35,748 bases of DNA, from NCBI RefSeq assembly GCF_000315625.1, contig NW_005434518.1, forward strand, positions 89,151-124,898, given 5' to 3'. Source of the stretch: Guillardia theta CCMP2712 (lineage: Eukaryota; Protista; Cryptophyta). Both the position numbers and the translations under genes were made by a program. Of the stretch, positions 23,733-33,585 are shown piece after piece (position 1 is the stretch's first letter; each line of letters starts with the position of its first letter). The notes beneath the pieces are model-generated. The model was not told where the DNA came from and ran no database searches. It was given only the letters and a program-made list of their open reading frames with translations.

Positions 23733-26700
23733 ATGTCTTCTTGGCTCTTGCTGTACATCATAGTCCTGGCCCTTGCCAGCAGCTCGACAGCCTACACCAT
23801 CTCAGATTGCAGTGCCTTGGTCTCCTTCTACCAGGCCATGACCGTCAACACCAAGTGGACCACCTCGACCGGCTGGGTGACGACGGATGACTGCTGCTCG
23901 TAACATCTGCGACCGTTGTAGGATCTGCTCTCCTTACCGAGCCTTCCTCCGCAGGTGGTATGGAGTCACGTGCTCGTACTCCACAAGGAATGGCACTGGG
24001 TTCGGCCCTTGGGTGTCTGCGTTGCAGCTGCCGAACAACCAGCTGTCAGGGTACCTCCCTTCCTCCTTCAGCCTCCTCTCTCGCCTTGAGCGCCTGGACC
24101 TCTCGCACAACAAGGTCAAGGGAGACATCTCAGTACTGCTGCAGATGAAGGTGCCACGTCATGGTGCTTGGGAGGGAGAGGCAGTGGGAGGGAGAGAAGG
24201 GAAGGGGGGTATGCGGGCGGGAGAGAAGGGAGGTGCCCGAGAGGGAGAGAAAGGAGGTAACTGGGGGGAGGGAAGGGAGGTACCTGGGAGGGAGGGCCAG
24301 TTGAAGGAGTTTTTTCAGGCATCTTCTGTGTGCATCGACACGGCAACGAGCCAGATACCCGACACCGTATTCGAGTCAGCCTGCAACTCCGACCTCAACT
24401 GCCTCGGGGGCGTGTGCAGGTGGGAAGAGGAGGTGCGGGGAGGAAGGAGACTGATAGCTCGGCAGTGTGGTGGGAGGGTTGAAGGAGATTCGGCTATCAG
24501 ATAACATGCTCAACGGGACTATTGGAGAGGAGATATCCAAGTGAAGGAGGAGGAGAGAGACGAGGCTGACGTGACACGTCCTGGCAGCTTGTTCAAGACT
24601 CTGACGATCTTGGACCTGAGCGCAAATGAGCTGACTGGGCCCATCCCCGCAATGGTCCTGACCTTTGTCCTGCTGGGTCGTCGGATGTGCTGACAGTCCC
24701 TGGTGACAGATCGGGACGCTGACGCAGCTAGTCGAGCTGAACCTCTACTACAACCAGCTCAGGTGAGCCCGCCCGAGTCTCGCTGTGTTGTGAGGTTGTC
24801 AAACTCCAGCGGGCCGATACCGGAGATGATTGGAATGCTGGTCAAGGTGAGTGAAGACGATTGAGGACGGAAGGATGGTGTCTATGTGAAGATATCGATG
24901 ATATAATGGAGAAGATATCGATGATATGATCAATGGAGTTTTTGATACGATGAGGGTACATGATAGATCATGAGATGAGAGGGAACTGCTATTAGCACGA
25001 AGATAACGACTCTCCTCAGTTGAAATACTTGAATGTCGCCTTCAACCTCCTCAACGGAACCCTCCCCTCCCAGGTTTGCTGCTCCTCCATGATACTCCGA
25101 TCCCTCTCCTCCCCTCTGTTCTCACCTTTCGCTCCCCTCTTTTCCTCTGCCTTCCCTCCTCTCTCCTCCTGGTCCCCCATCACACTTCCTCTACAGAATC
25201 TTCCCCCTGTCTGATCTTCTTCTGATCTCCATCATCCCATTTTCTCTTCCATTCCCAACCTCTCCTTTCCTCCTTCGCCTCTCCTTCTGCACTTTTCTCT
25301 GTCCTCCGTTCTCACTTCTTTGAAGATGGTCAACCTCCAGCGCCTTGAGCAGCTCGACCTCTCAGTCAACAGAGTGCGTGCCTCCCCTCCTCCTCTTCCT
25401 CCTCCTCCTCCTCCTCCTCCTCCTCCTCCTCCTCCTCCTCCTCCTCTTCCTCCTCTTCCTCCTCCTCCTCCTCCTCCTCCTCCTCCCTCGCCCCCGCCCT
25501 CTTCCCTCTCGAAGAAGTTTATCTCTTCCCGGATACTCTCAATCCTCTGCGCATTTGTACTCTTGTCTCGTGTCCTTCCCCATCCCTTTTCTCTCTTCTT
25601 CCTCCTCTCCCTCCTCCCTCCTCCTCCCTCGTCTCTCTCATCTCCCTCCTCTCCCTCTCTCCCATTCTTGACAGCATGCTTCAAGTTCGTCAACGGAATT
25701 CCTGTGGACATGGGCGTCCTCATTTTCNNNNNNNNNNNNNNNNNNNNNNNNNNNNNNNNNNNNNNNNNNNNNNNNNNNNNNNNNNNNNNNNNNNNNNNNN
25801 NNNNNNNNNNNNNNNNNNNNNNNNNNNCCTCCTCTCCTTGCACTACTCCCCTGTCCTTTCCTCTCCTCTCCTCTCCTCTCCTCTCCTCTCCTCTCCTCTC
25901 CTCTCCTCTCCTCCCCTCCCTCCCCTCTCCTCTCCTCCTCTCCTCTCCTCTCCTCTCCTCTCCTCCCTCCCTCCCTCCGCTCCCCTCTCCTCTCCTCTCC
26001 TCTCCTCTCGTCCCTCCCTCGCTCACTCCTCCATCTGCCCTCTCCTCCTCGCCTCTATCTCACTCTTGCAACTCTCGGGATCCTCATCGTGATACAGAAA
26101 CATCAGCCTGGACGACAAGGGCAACTGCAGTCAGGACGAGTACTCCATGTGGTACGTCATGGGACACAAGATGCCTTGCAACTCGGCAGTCAGGTATGCA
26201 GATGTCGTTTGCGAGGAAGAGAGGAGAGGCGAGGAGCGAGGAGAGAGGAGAGAGGAGTCTGGAGGGTAGCGGGCGGGGAGAGAGAGGGCAGAACAAAGAC
26301 TGACCAGCCTTCTGAGCAGCAACTCGCAGTGGTGGTGTAACGATTGCAGTGCCCCTTACCCCGCCAACCCCACGGTCGCCTCCTCCTCCTCCTCCTCCTC
26401 CTCCTCCTCCTTGCTCTGCGCTTGCCCGTTGAACCTGCTGCAGCTTCTCGCCTCCCCCATGTCTGACTGCCGCCCCAACCTCATCCCCGTCCCTCCTCCT
26501 CCCGGCCCGACCACTCAGATGAACGTCCCTGCCACGGTGAGCTCCTCCTCCTCCTCCTCCGCCTCCTCCTCCTCCTCCTTCACTTCCACTTCCACCTCGT
26601 TGTCCCCCTCCTCCTTCTCCTCCTCCTTCTCCTCCTCTCCAGCAGGGTCTCAGCTGCTTGACAAGGTGGAAGTCATCTCCTCTCCTGGCCCTTGCCTGCG

Positions 26701-27069
26701 CCTCGTCATCCTCAATCGATGCACTCGGCAAGAGACCATGTGAGAAACTGATCCCTTCCCTTCCTAGCCTCCCTCCTCCTTCCTCCTCTCCTTTCCCCCT
26801 CCACCTCCCTCTTCCTCTCTCCCTCTCTCCCTCTTCCTCTCCCTCTTCCTCTTCCTCTCCCTCTTCCTCTCTTCCTCTCTCTCTCCCTCTCCCTCTCCCT
26901 CTCCCACTCCCACTCTCCATGCTCTTCTCTTCACTACTCCACATCCATCACGTCTCATTTCCACTTACCCCATCCTTCCAACACGTCTTCACTTCCCGCT
27001 AGCTCGCTTCTCCTCCTCTCCGACCCCTCACAAGCTTTCTCTCGCGTCAGGTATGTGCGGATGTTGTAA
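23733..27069 (+). CDS. Secreted plant-type LRR protein (LRRNT_2 cap) with Cys-rich inserts
   Basis: Signal peptide MSSWLLLYIIVLALASSSTA, cap ALVSFY...W...DCCS|WYGVTC, and repeats of the LxxLxLxxNxLxGxIP type (LQLPNNQLSGYLP, LDLSANELTGPIP, LNLYYNQLSGPIP, LNVAFNLLNGTLP). A Cys/Pro-rich C-terminus follows the gap. The 3' end is tentative. Confidence 0.8.
25728..25827. other. Assembly gap (100 N)
   Basis: N run. Confidence 1.
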
Positions 27070-27239
27070 GAGCCGACAAGTTCCCGGGCGCCATCGTTGA
27101 ACCATTCTAACATGTCTATCCCGAGTAAACTCTCGCACGTTTCTCCTCCAGCCCCCCCCCCCTCCGCTTCTTGTTTCTTTCAGTGCTCAAGATTCAGTAG
27201 CCATTGGTAACGCCTACCTGAGTACCCCAAGTTGCACTT

Positions 27240-27490
27240 GAACAGTCGGACTGCTGTGACTCCCCCGCCCTGACTCCCGGAGTCCGGCGGCGGGGGCCCC
27301 CGCAGCCCCACGCCGCCTCAGCACGGACGGGCCGCGTCGCGTGCTCGGCAGCTCAGTCACTGCTGGGACTCGCCCGGCCGTGACTGCACGGCGGCGCTGG
27401 GACTCCCGGGAGCCCGGTAGTACTGAGCTGACCCCGGGCCCCGGGCCCCGGGCCCGGCCGGGCGATCATGCCGTCAGTGAGGTCACCTAT
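27240..27490. repeat. Short GC-rich type B block
   Basis: GACTCCCGGAGTCCGG, CTCAGTCAC and a (CCCCGGG)n run. Vocabulary is shared with the other type B blocks. Confidence 0.5.
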
Positions 27491-28273
27491 TGAAACCGTT
27501 CAAGTTTACTTGTGATCGTTGCGATTGTAACGGAAGATGACGCTTCGGAGTGCTTGTATCATGTCCTGCTGCTGTTGAGGAGGAAGCTCCTCCTCCTCCT
27601 CCTCCTCCTCCTCCTTCACCTCCTCCTCCTCCTCCTTCCACTCCTCCTTCCACTCCTCCTTCCACTCCTCCTTCCACTCCTCCTTCCCTTCCTCCTTCAC
27701 CTCCTCCTCCTCCTCCTCCTTCACCTCCTCCTCCTCCTCCTCCTCCTCCTCCTCCTCCCGTCTTAGTTTTCATCCTCCTTCTGATTACTCCTCCTTCACC
27801 GTCCCTCCCTTCCTCCCTCCCTCCTCGTCCTCCCTGACCACCCTCCCTCCTCGTCCTTCCTCGTCCTTCCTCTCCCTCCTCAACATCCGCATGCTCCTGC
27901 TCGTCGTCCTCGTGCTCCTCCTTAATTTTCTCAACATCTCTCCTCGCTCTTTTCTTCTTGTCATCCTCGTCTTCGACCTTGTCCCTTTTCACTCTCTGCT
28001 CCCCTCGCACTCCCCCTGACCATCGTCATCCTAACACATCTTGCAACATCATCCTTGCATTTCTTTCCCTCCCTCCTACCTCAACGGTTACTCTCATCCT
28101 TCCGCCCAGTTCCTTCGCATATCCCTCCCTCCTCCCATCATCCATGTCACTTCCTTTTTGTGCACTGGAGCTTGCAGACGAAGGATTGTTTCTCGTGCAT
28201 ACTCGCTTCTTGTCTCAGTCTGACACTTCTTGGTTCCCTTACAAGCCAGTCTGAAGCTCTAGAGTTCAGCTCT

Positions 28274-30505
28274 ATGGTTGCTGCGGAGTCAGCTTCCGAG
28301 CCCTCGAGGTGTTTGGTCCTTCCAGGTCCCCGTCCCGCTGAACTTGCGCAGGTTCTACAAGCACGCGGCATGGAGGATAGCGGTACATATCTTCCCTCCG
28401 GCCTTCCCTCCTCTCCCCTCTCTCGCCTTCCCCTCCCCCTGTTCCCTCTCCTCCCGTTCCCTCCCCTCTCTCTCCCTTCCTTGCTGCCTGCTCCAGTCAC
28501 TCTCAGTCGTCAGGCTGTGGCCTCTGCCTCCCTCGCCGTCGTCGCCTTCGTGGCTCTTACGTTCAGCTCCGGGCCGAGCGCAACGATGCTGGAGGCAGGG
28601 AGCGACACGGTCACTGACTCGAGCTCTAGCGGGCATCTGCTGGTAGGGTTGGTCCGGCAGGCTTCTAGCCCGGACTTGTTACACCTCCCCCATGTGACTG
28701 AGGCTGCAGCAAGCGCTTGAGAAGTCGATGGACGCCTCGATCGACAACCAAGTCAAGTCGTTTCTGTCTGGTCAGCCCCTCGCCCCTCCCTTCCTGCTCC
28801 TCTCCCCGCTTACACCGCCTCTACCCCCCCCTCCCCATCCTCTTCCCTCCTCCTCTCCCCCCGCATTCGCTCCCTGCACCCCCGCTCGGTGATCCTGTCT
28901 CGTTCCCTGTTGCAAGTGACTGACACGTCTCGGCAGAACCGAACAAGCTTTCTCCCCAAGATTGAAACCACAAACAGGTCTCTACCGGCTTTTCCCCTTG
29001 AGTCAGCAGCTCAGCCTTCTTGCAGACCCTCAAGCTTCTCAGACCCTCCGAGGATGTAGGAGGAGAAACCCGCAAGGTGACTGGAACATGCCTCCATGNN
29101 NNNNNNNNNNNNNNNNNNNNNNNNNNNNNNNNNNNNNNNNNNNNNNNNNNNNNNNNNNNNNNNNNNNNNNNNNNNNNNNNNNNNNNNNNNNNNNNNNNNN
29201 NNNNNNNNNNNNNNNNNNNNNNNNNNNNNNNNNNNNNNNNNNNNNNNNNNNNNNNNNNNNNNNNNNNNNNNNNNNNNNNNNNNNNNNNNNNNNNNNNNNN
29301 NNNNNNNNNNNNNNNNNNNNNNNNNNNNNNNNNNNNNNNNNNNNNNNNNNNNNNNNNNNNNNNNNNNNNNNNNNNNNNNNNNNNNNNNNNNNNNNNNNNN
29401 NNNNNNNNNNNNNNNNNNNNNNNNNNNNNNNNNNNNNNNNNNNNNNNNNNNNNNNNNNNNNNNNNNNNNNNNNNNNNNNNACCCCCCCCAACCCCCGCCC
29501 GCCTCATCTCCTCCGCCTCAGGGCTGCTGCCAAGGAGATGCGCGAGGCGACGATAGCCAAGCAGTACGCGATCCATGCGGAGGCAAGAGGAGGAGGCGAT
29601 GGAGGTGCCGAAGCTGACGACCCCGCAGGCTGTCGCGGACCAGCGAGCGAAAGAACTGGACGCGATGGTGCGACTCTCCTCCTCCTCCTCCTCCTCCTCC
29701 TCCTCGCTCATCGTCTGCTCCCTCCAGGTTGACTCGGACAGACACGCTGCCCTTCAGCGGGTCAAGGCGAAAGCCGCAGCTCTCGCTCGTCGTCCGACTG
29801 CTCGCGAGCAGGTCAGAGCAGTAGCGAGCTGCTTCTTCTGATCTTGACACAGGCAAAGTCTCCAGCTGAGACTCAGCACAAGGTAAGGGCGCTTGCTGGT
29901 GGGATAGTGGGCTGATCGGCCCCAGGTGGTGAAGGCGAAGGAGGCGGGAGGAGCGACAGGGGAGAGTGGGGCGAAGAAGCTGCAGGCGTATCTGCGGGAG
30001 GAGAAGGCGCTCAAGGAGAAGATCAAGCGAGCGGAGGAGGCAGCGGCGAAGAGAGACAAGGGCGAGGAGGGGACGGAGGCAGCGGGAAGAGGAAGAGGAG
30101 GAGCGGAGGGGACTGTCGTCTCTACTCTGGTCGTGCGGGAGGGTGCGAGGGCGATGAGAATGTGACGGGCCGGCAGGCGAAGACCCTGTACGCCAACAAG
30201 CAGACCATCGCCAAGGACGAGAAGATCGCCGCGATGCTCAGGAAGCAGCAGGTGAGTCTGCTGCCCTCAGCGTGACTCTCTCATGCCTCAAGGCAGGACT
30301 CCCTCCAGCAGGACATGCAGCGACTGAAGCGAAAGAACGACATGCTGGCGCAGCAGGTAGGACGAGACTCGAGACCCTCTCCCCTCCCATTGGCTGGCCC
30401 TCACCCTCCCCTAACTTTCTCCCCTGCCTCTCCCTCCCCTGATTGACTTTTCTGCCCCTCCCTCCGTTTGACTGACTCCTTTCATCGCAGAAACATTCCA
30501 GCTGA
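28274..30505 (+). CDS. Uncharacterised N-terminally anchored coiled-coil protein (multi-exon, spans a gap)
   Basis: M|VPVPLNLRRFYKHAAWRIA|AVASASLAVVAFVALTFSSGPSATMLEAG gives a basic stretch plus hydrophobic anchor. K/E/A-rich exons follow (LQAYLREEKALKEKIKRAEEAAAK; DSLQQDMQRLKRKNDMLAQQ|KHSS*). There is one apparent frameshift near 29575, close to the gap. Confidence 0.6.
29099..29480. other. Assembly gap
   Basis: N run. Confidence 1.
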
Positions 30506-30702
30506 TACTCCGGATATTTCTCGCGATGGGGGAGGTGGTGAGAACCCGCACTAGAGCCGGCCGGCTTGTACAAAAGGAGAGAAAACAAGGAAGAGTGTTA
30601 GTGGGAGTGAACCTCTCCATAATCGGCTTTCTTTCCTGTCTGTTTCACTCATGCCCCCTGTCTCATTCTACAACCCATTCGAGATTGGCTCTTCTAGCTC
30701 CC

Positions 30703-32954
30703 TTACAATGTTGGTACGAACCCGTCGATCTTGAGGATCATTCTCACCGCTTCTGTGGCAAGTTCCAGCGCGCTGGAGCTGACGAGGAGGGGCTGGACGA
30801 CATTCTCCTCCATCATGTTGCTGATGGTTCCCTTCCTGACGTTGATCCCTGCGTTCTTGTCGCCGTTCGCATGCATCAGCCGCAGGGTCGTGACGATGTT
30901 GATCGGGTTCAGACCAGCGTTCTCCGCCAGTGTTGCGGGGATGATCTCGAGGGCCTCGGCATAAGCCCGCACGCAGTAGCTCTCTGCTCCCCCGAGGGTC
31001 TTGGAGTACTCCATCAGTCTCTGTGAGACCTCCATCTCCGGGGCGCTGCCTCCCGGGATCATGAACTTCCTCTTCAACAAGCTTCTCACGACACAGAGCG
31101 CGTCGTGGATGGATCGCTCGTTCTCCTCCAGCACCAGCTTGTTCGATCCGCGGCAGAGGATGGAGACGGTCTTGCAGGGCTTTGGAACGCCAGTGATCTT
31201 AACGATCTTCCCGTCGCTCGTGCCGATCTCCTCGACAAGGTCGGCCTTTCCAAGTTTCTCAGGTCGAAGGGCGTCGGCGCTTGCGATGGGAACACACTGG
31301 AGAGTCCTGCAAATGAATTCGATCTCGTCCCTCTCGATATCCCGCACAAGCATAATCTTCAGCTTGGCGAGGAAGTGCAAGCCGAGGTCGGTGATAGCAT
31401 CACGAAGGATAGACTTCTGGAGGAGGACGACGTTGCAGCCGGTCTTGGCGATCTTCTTGCACAGGTCGGCAATGTATGTGCGCTCTTCCTTCAAGATACG
31501 ATCCATCTGCTGATAATCTGAAATCACCACTGAGTTCTCTATATCAGTCTTGGGCGGGGACAACTGGAACTGCAGAACCGCGATCTTTGCGTTCTGAACC
31601 CTCGTCGGCCCTCCTGCTCCCTTTGCTGCCTTCTGAGTGAAAACGATTCCATCAACCAACTCTGTATCATCAACAGTTCCTCCTAGTTTGCGCACAACCC
31701 TAATCATGTTCAAATCTGCATTGTTGTCCAGCGGATCTGCTATCTTCATGACCGCGTCCACGGCGAGAGGAGCGAGGAGGGAGGAGTTTTGAGACACCAC
31801 CTTTGAGGAGAGAGACGTATTGGTACACTTGATGAGAGATTCTCTGTCGTTGAAATCAACAGGGGTTCCCATTTCCTGCAGGATCTCTGTTGACTTCTTG
31901 CACGCGAGTTGAAAGGCGTCCGATATCTGGTTTGGATGAATCCCGCGGTTCAGCAGTCCGCTGCAGGCATTCAAGAGTCCTCCAGCCATGACCACAACGC
32001 TGGTTGTTCCATCACCAGCCTCAATATCTTGAGACTTTGACAACTCCACCATCTGCAGACAAATTCATCAGGAACAAATCACAGCCAATCGCCATTTTCC
32101 ACACAGCGTTCTCATTTTCAATTGCAAGCAAAAGAAAAAAACGAGACAGCATTTGAATAGAGAAGATTGTATAGTTGAGACGATCAAGAGGTCATATAAA
32201 CTCACCATCTTAGCTGTTGGGTGGGAAACCGACATCTGTCGGAGGATAGTTGCACCGTCGTTGGTGATGATCACCTCACCATCAGCAGTCTGGATCTGTG
32301 AACCCTCAAGACGTCAGTGAGAGCCAGCTAACACGTTGAACGATACCATCTTGTCCATTCCACGAGGACCAAGACTAGTTCGGACAGCATCCGCAATGGC
32401 TATCAAGACAGTCAGGCAAAATTTCTGGGTTTACTAATGCTTGCCTTTTGCGGACATGATGTTGGACTTGCGAACATCGTCCTGTTGGGACTTATTGTCG
32501 AACTGCTCCCCCTTGGACATCTATTGAGGCAAAAAGTTCACTACGGATCCATGTGATGCAAGAATCGAGCCGATGAGACGAAATAATATGAAAGGCAGGC
32601 TGGAACTAGTGCTGGTTGTTGAAGGAACCAAGTAAGGGAAGTGAAGGAGGAGGGGGCGATGGTGAACATGATCGTGTTGGGTCGTCATGAGGAGGAACTT
32701 AATGCCTGTGCTCCTCTGCTAAAGGATGATGAAAAATAGGAGCTCACAAGGCATGCCAGCAGAATTTGTTGAGGGTCTGACGGAGAGGGGATGATAGTTG
32801 AGCGACAAAAACTTGTTGACGATGATCGTGATGAAACAGGAGGTGGAGCAGACGAACAAGGGGGATGACGATGGGAAAGACGGCAGAGAACGGGGGGAGG
32901 AGCAAGCTCAGCCGCAGCTGCAGCTGCAGCTGCAGCTGCGGCAGAGCCTGACAT
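30703..32954 (-). CDS. CCT4: T-complex protein 1 subunit delta (cytosolic chaperonin CCT4)
   Basis: Motifs [41 protein letters not shown], plus delta-type [16 protein letters not shown] and [14 protein letters not shown]. The large exon is 30703-32052, with small exons up to 32520. A probable first exon MSGSAAAA...ELAPPP starts at 32954. Confidence 0.95.
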
Positions 32955-33004
32955 GGCGCAGGAAAAGGCGGGAAAGGATGTTTTGAGGAACGAGGAGAGG
33001 TGGA

Positions 33005-33585
33005 TCATGGGGGGTAGGGTACCAAATGTAGGGGTGAATTGCCGCAGGGTTGAAAAAAATAGGGGTACGAAATACGAAGTGGATCAAGTACCCCCATTTA
33101 TTCTGCAAGAAAATATCATGAAAGGGGTCCAAAAAGATGGATACCCTAATTTGAGGTGAGGGTGGTAAAATTTGACTGTTTATGGGGTAGGGTTATCAGT
33201 AGTGGAACGTGGGGTCATTTATCTTTTTTTTCTTGAATTTTAGTTAAGAATATTACAAATAGCTCAAGTAATTTTATTTTAATTTCAATAGCTTAAGTCA
33301 TTTTCTTGTCCAAACCGAGGCAGACTCTCACGACCCCTACCCTGCGACAGGTACCACACACCCCCATTTTATCACTATAAACTACCCCTCATGTACACCT
33401 AGTACCACCCCCACCATTCACAGTTTGTGCTTTCTATCACCTTTCCTCTCGAAGGACCCCACCCGTCTCCCAAACCACCCCACCCACCACTTAGGATCAA
33501 AGGAAATCCATTACACCCCGTAGAATTACTACAAAGACCCCCATAAAGTACCCCACCAATAGAGTTGATACACTACCCCTACCCT
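33005..33585. promoter_or_regulatory. Candidate bidirectional promoter island (type A) between CCT4 and HCF101-like gene
   Basis: G-rich left arm, AT-rich core (~33215-33310) and C-rich right arm. AAGTACCCC at 33086 and 33546. It fills almost the whole divergent intergenic space. Confidence 0.45.

Noticed and set aside
27483-28010. Minus-strand Glu/Gly-rich ORFs
   Set aside because: Mostly (CCT)n-derived. The short complex tail (DMIQALRSVIFRY) is insufficient to call a gene.
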